From a virus, in the IMG/VR virus record IMGVR_UViG_3300028840_002623, positions 5,881 through 69,880 of that record: 64,000 nt of DNA, one strand, 5' to 3'. A program made the translations under genes and the position numbers. Below are positions 48,084 through 57,267 of this stretch, piece after piece (within the stretch, counting starts at the first letter, position 1; each line of letters starts with the position of its first letter). The notes below the pieces were generated by a model, which saw nothing but the letters and a program-made list of their open reading frames with translations, searched no databases and was not told where the DNA came from.

Positions 48084-49157
48084 TTAGACAGTACCGTGAA
48101 CAATCCCGGTATTGTCGTTGATGTCTGCCCTCAACTGAGGTACCATTATTGCCATTACCTTGAAGTTGAGCTGCATGCCACCTCTGGTTTCCCACTGAAC
48201 AGTGGTAATGTCCATGCCCATGACTTCACGTATAACGTCAGAGGTCATCTGAACAAGGAGCATTACATAATCAGTAGCAGAACCCGGAGTGGTGTCAAGA
48301 TAATCAAGAGTGCGAACATCCTGAATATCGGTTATTGCTTTGAGGCGGTCACGCAGTGTGTTGTCGCCTTTCGCTGAACTGTAATCTTCATCAAGCGTTT
48401 TGTCCCACTTAATGGAAGTGTACAGCATGTAAGGACCATAATGATATGCGGCTTTCGCCTGTTCAATCATGGCCAGTACGTCAGTGACCGTGTCCGCAGG
48501 AGTATAACCACCTGCCGCTGGGCTGGTCATTGTCTTGGTGAGACGTTTTGGATAATTGGTATATCCATAGATGGTGCCTCCACCGAAAGCATATGTGCCA
48601 TAAGTACCACACAGAAGTTTTTCAGCGGTTTCAGCAACCCTTCTTGCCGCAAGTTCAGCAGTGGTCGTGTCAAGCGGTGAACCGCCATTACGTGATACCA
48701 TTACCTGACGTGCACTGAAGTTGAAATCCTTATGAATGATAGGCAGGGGCAGGTTGGTGAGTTCAAACACCGGGCGGTCAGCTGTACTCTCCCGGAGCCC
48801 ATCCATACTGATATCAGCTTCACTGATGTCACTCTGGGTCTCAGTTTCAAGCACTGTCTTTGCCATCCCATTAGGTATATTGAACGTGAGTCCCATCCCA
48901 CGCAGGTCAGCAACGGCTTTGAGTCTGGGCTTTGCCGCTTTAACAATAGCTGAATCCAGAAGTTTCCAGTCATCCTTTCTGAGCGATGCTGTTGCATTTG
49001 TCAGCGGCACGGCTTCTGGTCCATTGTCCCCGTTGACTGTGATATAATGCCTGTTGTCGTCACCGATGTACGGTCTCAGAACATTGGCGTCCATTCCGGC
49101 TTCCATGAGGGTTGCGGCAACACTCCCGTGACCCTGTCCGTTCATAATAAAATCCAT
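48084..49157 (-). CDS. Major capsid protein (HK97 fold, linocin-M18-like)
   Basis: LPLPIIHKDF..SAR..SRNGGSPLD...AARRVAE; follows protease and decoration genes. Confidence 0.88.
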   Translation of the reverse strand: MDFIMNGQGHGSVAATLMEAGMDANVLRPYIGDDNRHYITVNGDNGPEAVPLTNATASLRKDDWKLLDSAIVKAAKPRLKAVADLRGMGLTFNIPNGMAKTVLETETQSDISEADISMDGLRESTADRPVFELTNLPLPIIHKDFNFSARQVMVSRNGGSPLDTTTAELAARRVAETAEKLLCGTYGTYAFGGGTIYGYTNYPKRLTKTMTSPAAGGYTPADTVTDVLAMIEQAKAAYHYGPYMLYTSIKWDKTLDEDYSSAKGDNTLRDRLKAITDIQDVRTLDYLDTTPGSATDYVMLLVQMTSDVIREVMGMDITTVQWETRGGMQLNFKVMAIMVPQLRADINDNTGIVHGTV

Positions 49158-49228
49158 ATCAATCTCCTTTTAAAAGTTTTGGATTTTCGTTTGTCATCTT
49201 CTTCATCAACCCCTTCATTGGGATTTGT

Positions 49229-49654
49229 TTAATGAAGCATAACACGCATGAGAGTGTCAACTGCACCTGAACCACTCAGGTCCAACGCTTCACGTGCGGT
49301 GGCAATCGGTGTTCCCGTGGTGACTGCCTGAAGTGTGCCATCTCCTGCACTCTCAAGGTCAGCCCCTATGGCAACATTTTCTCCGGCTTTGAGGAACATC
49401 TGAACTTCATTGCCCGGAAGTTCAACATTCATAGAACAAAGGTCACCGGATGAATAGTCATCGTCAAGAGTGTTTCCCTGAAGTGCATCAATCTCAGCAA
49501 TGAGACGCTGAGCCGCACCGCCTGCAGTGGAATGAACCACGCAAGTTCCAGAAGAATCTTCTTCAACAAGATGACCGGGGGAAATTGTCCCGGCTGCAAC
49601 AATTTCTTCTCTGCGAAAGGTTCCAATCAGATGAACCTGATTTTCAGTACTCAT
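49229..49654 (-). CDS. Capsid decoration/cement protein
   Basis: AAGTISPGHLV, GENVAIGADLESAGDG; between scaffold and MCP. Confidence 0.75.
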   Translation of the reverse strand: MSTENQVHLIGTFRREEIVAAGTISPGHLVEEDSSGTCVVHSTAGGAAQRLIAEIDALQGNTLDDDYSSGDLCSMNVELPGNEVQMFLKAGENVAIGADLESAGDGTLQAVTTGTPIATAREALDLSGSGAVDTLMRVMLH

Positions 49655-49731
49655 ATTCAATCTCCTTTATAAGTGAGTAACTAAAATTTTTTCAGTTTGA
49701 GCCATATTGTGTAAGGGAATAGACACAGTGT

Positions 49732-51366
49732 CTATTCTTCTGAACCGAAATTCATTGTGGGAGCCTGAAGAGGCTCTTCAGCACTGTCATTGACTGCCGG
49801 GGCAACCACCTCTGCCTGACCTCCGAAAAAAGCCGGGGGTGCAACGGGCTGTTTGGGTTTTTCCGGTTCCACTTCCGCAAGAGTGGCCAGCTGTTTCAGT
49901 TCGCTGAGACCTTTCGCCTGCAGCTGTTCTTTACTGAACGGATTCTTTTTGTTGGCGGTGATTTTCTCAATCAGTTTCGCTTTCTCTGCCTTGTGAGCAT
50001 CAAGCCCTGACCGGAGAACATCACGCATACCTTCAGGAGCGTTTGCGATGAATTCATCAACAGACTGTTCCTTGTTCTCTGCAGGTTTTTCTTCCTCTTC
50101 ATCAGCAGGTTTTTCTTCTGCAGGTTTTTCTTCAGCAGGTTTTTCCTCTGCTGGTTTTTCCTCTTCAGGCTTTTCTTCCTCTTCATTTGACAAAAGCGCA
50201 AACTTGTCGTCAGAAAGCCCCATGAGCAGTTCCCTGTCATCTTCTGTCCAGGGTGATTTCTCGTTTGAAATCATACCATTTACAATTTCTTCTCTTTTCA
50301 TCTTGTTTTCCTTATCAAAAGAATTTTCAAAAACAACACTTCCTTTATTTCCAATCAAAGTACCATCATTCATCTGGTACTGGATAATTTTTTCCACCTC
50401 ATTCTTGACGCCAACTAATTTCACTTCACCTTCCTTTGTTTCATAGGGCTGGTGAAACATTTTGTCGCCCATTTCGTAAATGAAGAAGTCATCGTACACA
50501 TCTGTCACCCACGCTTCATCTCCTATTTCATTACTGAGCCCACGCCATATTTCGTTATGGCTGAGTTCATTTACAATAGCGACATAATGCGCTGACAACC
50601 TTCCTTCCGGGGTGTTCTCTTCAGCTTGGTTTCGGAGCAACCCGGCTCCATCATCTATAGAACAAGCACCCCTTTGGTCAGGAAGTATAGCAAGGTGGTC
50701 TGGTCTGTAATTCCGGGCAATGGCTTCAAACTGTTCCCCGTTCCATTCCCCTTCCACAACTTCATTATCGGTAAAAAGCCCGGTGCTGACCTCCATCATC
50801 TGACCGCTTAATATTGCGTTCATAACTCTGTCGTCAACTTGGTTCGCTTTTTCCTCATCAATCCAGCATTCGGTTTTTAGTTTGCCATCTTCCCACCGGG
50901 TGTTAAACAACTGTCCGATTTTTTGAGTTTCAAATACATCCGGGTCACAAGCCGATATACTCTGGCCATTAAACTGCGGATGATAAACAACAACGGGCTT
51001 TCCGTTCCAGATTGCCGGAGTTTTGGACAATTCCTCTTGTGGATAATATAATGGACCCATGGAGCCATAATGGACACCTTCAGTCATCATTACGCAAGGC
51101 ACAACAAGGTATTCTTTTCCTTCCAGTGTTTCGTATCTCGTGCGGGCTTTTTCGGATTTGATATTGGAAGTGATATTGGAGAAGGAATTGTTCTTAAAAA
51201 ATTCAACTTGTGCCAGCCTTTTTTCGGCTTCAGCACGGGTGTCGTAAGGACCACCAAGGTTTTTTCCTGATTCGGATTCTACAAAAAATTTGCCATCTCT
51301 TTTTACAATAACGTTTGCGACCATTTCTGCAACTTCATTCGTTACAAGATTGGTTTTTGTTTCCAT
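49732..51366 (-). CDS. Prohead protease/scaffold (DUF2213-like)
   Basis: WNGKPVVVYHP, EVSTG, PDHLAILP...GACS; EEKPA-repeat tail. Confidence 0.85.
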   Translation of the reverse strand: METKTNLVTNEVAEMVANVIVKRDGKFFVESESGKNLGGPYDTRAEAEKRLAQVEFFKNNSFSNITSNIKSEKARTRYETLEGKEYLVVPCVMMTEGVHYGSMGPLYYPQEELSKTPAIWNGKPVVVYHPQFNGQSISACDPDVFETQKIGQLFNTRWEDGKLKTECWIDEEKANQVDDRVMNAILSGQMMEVSTGLFTDNEVVEGEWNGEQFEAIARNYRPDHLAILPDQRGACSIDDGAGLLRNQAEENTPEGRLSAHYVAIVNELSHNEIWRGLSNEIGDEAWVTDVYDDFFIYEMGDKMFHQPYETKEGEVKLVGVKNEVEKIIQYQMNDGTLIGNKGSVVFENSFDKENKMKREEIVNGMISNEKSPWTEDDRELLMGLSDDKFALLSNEEEEKPEEEKPAEEKPAEEKPAEEKPADEEEEKPAENKEQSVDEFIANAPEGMRDVLRSGLDAHKAEKAKLIEKITANKKNPFSKEQLQAKGLSELKQLATLAEVEPEKPKQPVAPPAFFGGQAEVVAPAVNDSAEEPLQAPTMNFGSEE

Positions 51367-51380
51367 TACATCCTCCCAAT

Positions 51381-51474
51381 AAAAAAAGGACCACCTCAAT
51401 CAAGAAGTGGTCCTTTTTACACAATGGCTCCTACATTCAAAAGGTATTATTACAGATAATTCATTAAAAGTAAA
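51381..51474 (-). promoter_or_regulatory. Putative promoter followed by a terminator-like hairpin upstream of the capsid genes
   Basis: TTTACT-17-AATAAT with TG; AAAAAGGACCAC..GTGGTCCTTTTTTT just before the GGGAGG RBS. Confidence 0.5.
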
Positions 51475-51487
51475 GAAAAAAATAAAA

Positions 51488-51679
51488 TTATTTTTCATCC
51501 GGCTCTTTCGGGGGCTTCAATGTCTCTTCATTTCGGATGATGTCAATCATCCCATTCTTGAACTCAATTGTCATCTTCCCGTACCATCTCCGTTTTTGAG
51601 CTGACACCAACAGTCCGTTTGTCCAATTCAATTCTTCCTCTTGTTTCTGTAACACTTTCGGGTTTTTAATTGTTTCCAT
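51488..51679 (-). CDS. Small DUF2292-like protein
   Basis: YGKMTIEFKNG.I..I...ETLK. Confidence 0.55.
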   Translation of the reverse strand: METIKNPKVLQKQEEELNWTNGLLVSAQKRRWYGKMTIEFKNGMIDIIRNEETLKPPKEPDEK

Positions 51680-52592
51680 TTTTCCTCCACCATTTGATTG
51701 TTCTTTGCAAACCTTTATGCAGTTCTGTTTTTGGTTCCCAATTTATTTCTTTCTGGGCTTTTGAAATGTCCAATTCTCTTGCTGGTTGTCCATCCGGTTT
51801 GCTTCTGTCCCATATTATTCCTCCATCATACCCCATCAACTCCCGTATCAAATAAACCAACTCATGTATTGCAACGCTTTTTCCCGTTCCCAAATTCATT
51901 GGTTCAGGACTGTCATACATTTCCATAGCGTCAACAATTCCTTCAGCACAATCATCTACAAATAAAAATTCACGGGTTGCTTCCCCTGTCCCCCAAACTT
52001 CCACCGTTGGCAGATTATTTTTTATTGCTTCATCAAACTTCCGAATCAAAGCCGGAATGACATGTGATGACTCCGGGTTGAAATTGTCTTCAGGTCCATA
52101 CAGGTTGACCGGAATGAGATAAATGCCGGGAAAATTATATTGTTCCCGGTATGCCTGTGTCTGAACCAACAACGCTTTTTTCGCAATGCCGTATGGCGCA
52201 TTTGTTTCTTCCGGGTATCCCTTCCAAATGTCTTCCTCTTTGAATGGAACCGGAGTGTATTTCGGATATGAACAAACTGTGCCAATTGTTACAAACTTCT
52301 TCAATGGTTTATTTGACCAACAGGCTGCATCTATCAACTGAACTCCCATCATCAAATTATTATAAAAGAATTCAGCAGGGTGTTCCCGGTTTGCTCCAAT
52401 CCCACCACACATTGCGGCAAGATGAATAATTGCTTCCGGTTGAAACTTGTCAAGATAAGAAATTACTTGGTCAGGATATAACAAGTCAACCTCATTGTGA
52501 GTTGGTATTCCCACCTCATGCCCTCTTTGCACCAAATGAAAATTTACATACTTTCCTAAAAAACCATGCCCACCTGTCACCCATACTTTCAT
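51666..52592 (-). CDS. fcl: GDP-L-fucose synthase
   Basis: GGHGFLG, LAA.CGGIGAN, CSYPK, YGIAK, NLYGP.DNF..SHVIPALIRK, KPDGQP. Confidence 0.95.
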   Translation of the reverse strand: MKVWVTGGHGFLGKYVNFHLVQRGHEVGIPTHNEVDLLYPDQVISYLDKFQPEAIIHLAAMCGGIGANREHPAEFFYNNLMMGVQLIDAACWSNKPLKKFVTIGTVCSYPKYTPVPFKEEDIWKGYPEETNAPYGIAKKALLVQTQAYREQYNFPGIYLIPVNLYGPEDNFNPESSHVIPALIRKFDEAIKNNLPTVEVWGTGEATREFLFVDDCAEGIVDAMEMYDSPEPMNLGTGKSVAIHELVYLIRELMGYDGGIIWDRSKPDGQPARELDISKAQKEINWEPKTELHKGLQRTIKWWRKNGNN

Positions 52593-53539
52593 TTCAATGC
52601 CTCCATTTCTGAATTTAAGATTTCCATCAACATTAAATCAAACGGCAGAATGGGCTCCCAATCCAACTTTTCTTTCGCTTTGCTTGCATCACCACAAAGG
52701 TATGGAACCTCAAGTGGTCGTTTCAATCGGGGTGATTCAACTGTATAATCTCTCCAATCTAATTTGACCAATTCAAAAGCCCGTTGACACAATTGCCAAA
52801 CTGTATGTGTTTCCCCGGTTGCTAATACATAGTCATCCGGTTCAGGCTGTTGAAGCATCAACCACATTCCCCGAACATAGTCAGGAGCATAGCCCCAATC
52901 CCTAATACCTCCTAAATTTCCCACTTCAAGTTTGTCCTGTAACCCGGCTTTTATTCGGGCAACCGCACGGCAGACTTTCCTTGTAATGAACGTTGGACCA
53001 CGTCTGGGACTTTCGTGATTGAAAAGTATTCCGCAAGACACATGCAGTCCGTATGCCATCCGGTATGTTTGGGCCAAACGGTGTGCCGCAAGTTTGGCAA
53101 TTCCATACGGGGAAACAGGAGCAAATTCATTCTCTTCATTCATTGTCCCTTCTACATCTCCATACATTTCGGAAGTTGAAGCCTGATACATTCGGATTTC
53201 TCTTGGACTGTCTTTTATCGCTTCCAAAAGCCGGAGTGTTCCAAGAGCGTTTACATCCATGGTATATTCTGAACACTCAAAACTGACCTTCACATGCGAT
53301 TGAGCGGCAAGATTGTACACCTCATCGGCTTGGCTTTCATACAACACGTGTCTCAGGCTTGTACCATCGGTCATATCTCCAAAATGTAAGTGAAGGTTAT
53401 CAAATACATGGTCAATCCGTTGAGTGTTGAACTGTGATGCCCTTCTGACAATTCCGTGGACTTCATACCCCTTGTCCAAGAGCAGTTCAGCCAAATAGGA
53501 ACCATCTTGTCCGGTGATTCCGGTAATGAGGGCTTTCAT
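52589..53539 (-). CDS. gmd: GDP-mannose 4,6-dehydratase
   Basis: ITGITGQDGSYLAE, AAQSHV, QASTSE, SPYG.AK, LFNHESPRRG, RDWGYA. Confidence 0.97.
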   Translation of the reverse strand: MKALITGITGQDGSYLAELLLDKGYEVHGIVRRASQFNTQRIDHVFDNLHLHFGDMTDGTSLRHVLYESQADEVYNLAAQSHVKVSFECSEYTMDVNALGTLRLLEAIKDSPREIRMYQASTSEMYGDVEGTMNEENEFAPVSPYGIAKLAAHRLAQTYRMAYGLHVSCGILFNHESPRRGPTFITRKVCRAVARIKAGLQDKLEVGNLGGIRDWGYAPDYVRGMWLMLQQPEPDDYVLATGETHTVWQLCQRAFELVKLDWRDYTVESPRLKRPLEVPYLCGDASKAKEKLDWEPILPFDLMLMEILNSEMEALK

Positions 53540-53961
53540 TTGTCTTTCTTTTCTTCCGGCTTAATGTTTGACACAAAAGTTTTACCACCCTCACCTTCTT
53601 TAGTACGGCTCAAATCTTCCATTTTTTTCAATTCTTTTTTTCGGGTATCAATATCAATACTTTTTAATTCTTCCATACTTATTTTGTCTTCTTTCAATAC
53701 ATTCTTTCCGGGCATCATATCAAGACATGTGCCGATATTTTTCAAGGCTTCACCCATCTCCATATACTGCATTAAAATCCGGTTGTGTACTTCCGGGACA
53801 GTTGACTTGGAAAACATCGGATGTGTCATCGCTTTACTCTGTAATGAAAATAATTTGCCCATCTGCTCATACTGAGCACACAGGGTTCTGAATTGCTCTT
53901 TTGTTTCAGTTGACAATTCCAAATTGTTGAACGCCATTCCTTTTTTCTTCTTGGTTCCCAT
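53536..53961 (-). CDS. Hypothetical protein sharing a motif with TerS
   Basis: AAGGAG RBS; ISMEELKSIDIDTRKKEL. Confidence 0.65.
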   Translation of the reverse strand: MGTKKKKGMAFNNLELSTETKEQFRTLCAQYEQMGKLFSLQSKAMTHPMFSKSTVPEVHNRILMQYMEMGEALKNIGTCLDMMPGKNVLKEDKISMEELKSIDIDTRKKELKKMEDLSRTKEGEGGKTFVSNIKPEEKKDK

Positions 53962-53973
53962 TTACATTCTCCT

Positions 53974-55023
53974 TCAAAATAATTCTTTACCAACCCACGT
54001 ACTGCGTCGTTTTGCTTCCCTTACAGTTTGTGGTATTCTTTTGAACTCATCTCCCACATGGGATTTTCTTGGCAACTCTGACCTCAATGAGTCGTTGACA
54101 TTTTTCTTCTTTTCTCTTAATGACCGGGCTTGTCCCTTTTGCACTTCTCCAACGCTGGCTGGAAGCCATGCACAACGACAATTCGGATGTCTGGGTATCA
54201 GCCCCCGTGCCTCATCAATAGTGAATACAGTTCCTTCCAAATCTGCACATTGGTCGCAAACCTTCTCATCTTCAGCGGTGCTCCATTCTACATCCGCTGT
54301 CACTCCTTCAACTCCCAACTGTTGAAGAGCATCCAGCTGTCCTTCCGAATGTGCGTAAATGATTTCAGTCCGGGCTAATGTCATTGCCCGTTGTCTTGTA
54401 ATCCCGGTAATGGTCTCTGTCATATTCCGGGCAATCATTCTTGGACTCAAACCGTTGGCCATTCCATCCGCCAATACCCGGCTCAACTGTTGGGACATTG
54501 CCGCTGTAATCCCTTTCAACTCTTCAAATGACCGGGTATACAACAACTGTACTTTGCTTGTCATCTCCGGTTGAGCGAATGATGACTCAATAAACTGTTG
54601 TCTGCTTCCTTGGTAAAAATCCGGATTTTCAGCCATTATCTCCGGGTGCATTTCCGTATAACTCCGAACAGCACCCCTTCTGTACGATGAATGGACATAA
54701 GGGGCTGTCCACGGGTCACCCACTATGGGGTCAACAAACAACGGGGCATTTGGTTCAGCGAGTTGTTCTGTAAGCCACGATTGAAATGAGGTTATTTTTT
54801 CGGCATCAGTTCTGAACCTCCACGCTTGTCTTTCCGGGAGTTGGTTTGCAACCAATAACTCCCGGTTGAAGGCAAATGGTTCGCTTTCCTCAAGCCCCAA
54901 AACATCCAACTTCCATATTGCTTGGATTATCAAACTGCGGATATAATAAAACCGCTTGCGCATTTCGGCTTCATATGCCCTGCGCAATGTTGTTGTCCGG
55001 GTTGGGTCAAGTTTGAGTACCAT
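53974..55023 (-). CDS. Head morphogenesis protein (SPP1 gp7 / Mu F)
   Basis: RA.TLARTE, W.TAED.KVC..C, IPRHPNCRC. Confidence 0.92.
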   Translation of the reverse strand: MVLKLDPTRTTTLRRAYEAEMRKRFYYIRSLIIQAIWKLDVLGLEESEPFAFNRELLVANQLPERQAWRFRTDAEKITSFQSWLTEQLAEPNAPLFVDPIVGDPWTAPYVHSSYRRGAVRSYTEMHPEIMAENPDFYQGSRQQFIESSFAQPEMTSKVQLLYTRSFEELKGITAAMSQQLSRVLADGMANGLSPRMIARNMTETITGITRQRAMTLARTEIIYAHSEGQLDALQQLGVEGVTADVEWSTAEDEKVCDQCADLEGTVFTIDEARGLIPRHPNCRCAWLPASVGEVQKGQARSLREKKKNVNDSLRSELPRKSHVGDEFKRIPQTVREAKRRSTWVGKELF

Positions 55024-55765
55024 GTTTTTCCCTTATAGCAGTTGCACTTATTGCCTCTGTGTCCATATCCAATCGGATTTCTCTGATGCCCCACCCTACT
55101 TTGCGTCCATAACACACCTCTTTCACGTCAGGCACGACAATAACTTTTATTCTGTCCCCGAATACATCTTGTATCATCTTCTTTCGCTCTGCTGTGGTGT
55201 ACGGATTTGAAGGTGTTATCATTGTATCCCGGAGTGCAACACAAACATCTTTCCCTTCATCCAATACCGATTGAAACAATTTGATATGACCTTCGTGTAA
55301 TGGTTGGTATCTGCCTATGAAATAACTGTACTCATAATTGTCTTCTTTTAACACCAACATTAAACTCCGCAAAGATTCCATCGGCAAAAGATGATTGTGG
55401 TCAACTTTGTAATGGTATTCTTCCTCTGAAGGCTCTTCATAAAAATGTCCTTCACGCTCTGGCATATCCCGTTTTACATACACCCAAATCGGATGACACA
55501 CTTCATCAATTTCTTTTCTCACTTCCTCCATTGGAGCAATTACAGATACAACAACGGGTTTTTGTTCACTGAGAACCTTGGCAAGCCGGGCAACACGTAA
55601 GTTATGCTCACGCCTATCATCCCGGCTGAACCCGGCTCCCAGTGATATTGAATCCCGCATTTCGTCACCATCTAACAAAACACCATCCAAGCAATCCGCC
55701 AGCGGTCTGCCCACTGTAGTTTTTCCCGCACCGCTTTGTCCTGTCAGCCACACAATCTTATTCAT
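55007..55765 (-). CDS. cysC: Adenylylsulfate kinase fused to a HIGH-motif nucleotidyltransferase
   Basis: WLTGQSGAGKTT, LDGD.MR, GFSR.DR, YEEP; then IGRYQPLHEGH, NPY, ISATAIR. Confidence 0.88.
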   Translation of the reverse strand: MNKIVWLTGQSGAGKTTVGRPLADCLDGVLLDGDEMRDSISLGAGFSRDDRREHNLRVARLAKVLSEQKPVVVSVIAPMEEVRKEIDEVCHPIWVYVKRDMPEREGHFYEEPSEEEYHYKVDHNHLLPMESLRSLMLVLKEDNYEYSYFIGRYQPLHEGHIKLFQSVLDEGKDVCVALRDTMITPSNPYTTAERKKMIQDVFGDRIKVIVVPDVKEVCYGRKVGWGIREIRLDMDTEAISATAIREKHGTQT

Positions 55766-57266
55766 TGTTCATTTCCTCCTGAGGTTCAGTTGTTCCATTT
55801 GCTTCCTCTTCAGCCACAGCGGCATCAAGTTCAGCTTGCTCATCTTCAAATTCCTTCTGACGCTTTTCTGCCGCCTTGATAATTTCTTTGATTTCGGCTT
55901 CATCAAGGTCCATAAACATCTTGAAGAATATCTCCGGTGGGATGAGCAGGTCAACTCCGCCAGCAACATACTTGCTGAACGCTTCCACCCGTGCCTTCAG
56001 CACTGTCGCCTTGTCCAATTCGGAAGGCTGAGCAAGGTCAGGCCAAATTATTTCATATTTTTTCGGCTCTGGCAACACGCCATACGCTATGAGCCTGTCA
56101 ACCAATGGTCTGATAATGTACGGGGAAAGATACTTGTTCTGTCTCCGGGCAATTCGCTTGTTCCAATTCCGGGCATCTTCCTCTGCCGCAAGTTTTGCTT
56201 GTTCAGAGCCCATAAAAATCCGCTTGGGCACTCCCATCGCAATCGCAATTATTTCCAACTGAACATCCACGTGGGCTTTCGGTTCAGCAACTTGGGGATT
56301 GAGACTGTTGACGGATATTCCTTGAAGCCTCAAATACCTCTGAAGCCCGTTTGCATAACTTGTTATCTGTTCGGTCAGTGCGGCATCTTCATCTGAGCCT
56401 GCAACCGGGGCTTGGGCTTGTGGGTCCATTTCAAATGCATAGCCGGGGAATCCACCCTTCCAAAACATCTCAGCAGAACCACCACAGATTTTTCTCAGGT
56501 CATAAAGCCGATTGAATAATGATTGCATCCGGGGAACACCGAACACTTCTGAACTTTCCCGGTTGTCCGCCACGTGAATCAATCTTGTCCAATGGACCAA
56601 CTCACCTTTCCCGGTATCAATTTTGGAATCACCCGTGCTGGCTTGCGGTTGTGCAGCATCCCCGAATGTGATTTCATACATCACGGGCTTTCCATACCGT
56701 GGGTTCATCTTGTCACGTTGGGTGCTTTTTACTTTGACAACTGATTCGGAGAAAGCCCGGAGAAAAAGCAATTCATATTCCGGTCTGTTTTCGGTCACAT
56801 CACCTTTCTCATCTATTCCTTCCACGGGGTCACTCAATTTCTTTCCATCATTCAACCCCAAAAGCAATACACCAAACCTTCCAATGCCGGACAGTCTGTC
56901 AATCCTGAGCATGAATGCATTGAGGTTGCGTTGCTGTTCCAAATCCTTCCAACTCTTTTCAAACTCAGTGTCATCCCCTTTAACATCCTCAACAATCTGA
57001 GGTTCATCTGCCCAACTTTCTTCCGGGAACAAACTCACGACACGGGTTGCCAGCCCTTCCCGGTCATACATCAACTGATATTGGTCTGTGGTCAACTCTT
57101 TCGGGTATCCACATTCATCGTCAATGTCCCTTCTTGGGTCAATAAGGTTGCTCAACAACGATGAACGGCTCATACTGGCGTTCAGCATCATATCCCGAAT
57201 CACCTGTTTGTCTTTTTCATTGAGCACAACAGGGGGCTCAACTTTTTCTTTCTTTCGTATCTTCAT
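55758..57266 (-). CDS. Portal protein (DUF1073-like)
   Basis: Follows TerL; PRYGKP.MY, VHWTRLIH, VPKRIF.G. Confidence 0.88.
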   Translation of the reverse strand: MKIRKKEKVEPPVVLNEKDKQVIRDMMLNASMSRSSLLSNLIDPRRDIDDECGYPKELTTDQYQLMYDREGLATRVVSLFPEESWADEPQIVEDVKGDDTEFEKSWKDLEQQRNLNAFMLRIDRLSGIGRFGVLLLGLNDGKKLSDPVEGIDEKGDVTENRPEYELLFLRAFSESVVKVKSTQRDKMNPRYGKPVMYEITFGDAAQPQASTGDSKIDTGKGELVHWTRLIHVADNRESSEVFGVPRMQSLFNRLYDLRKICGGSAEMFWKGGFPGYAFEMDPQAQAPVAGSDEDAALTEQITSYANGLQRYLRLQGISVNSLNPQVAEPKAHVDVQLEIIAIAMGVPKRIFMGSEQAKLAAEEDARNWNKRIARRQNKYLSPYIIRPLVDRLIAYGVLPEPKKYEIIWPDLAQPSELDKATVLKARVEAFSKYVAGGVDLLIPPEIFFKMFMDLDEAEIKEIIKAAEKRQKEFEDEQAELDAAVAEEEANGTTEPQEEMNNE

Positions 57267-57267
57267 A

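Noticed and set aside
48084-49157. Encapsulin/linocin bacteriocin
   Set aside because: Context (portal, protease, decoration, adaptor) identifies it as the phage major capsid protein
55578-56396. 272-aa plus-strand ORF and similar antisense ORFs (e.g. 46256-46969, 7541-8218)
   Set aside because: Antisense to well-supported genes, with no motifs of their own
55758-57266. Anti-CBASS Acb1 label often attached to DUF1073 proteins
   Set aside because: Size and position after terL indicate portal; no separate phosphoesterase domain recognised
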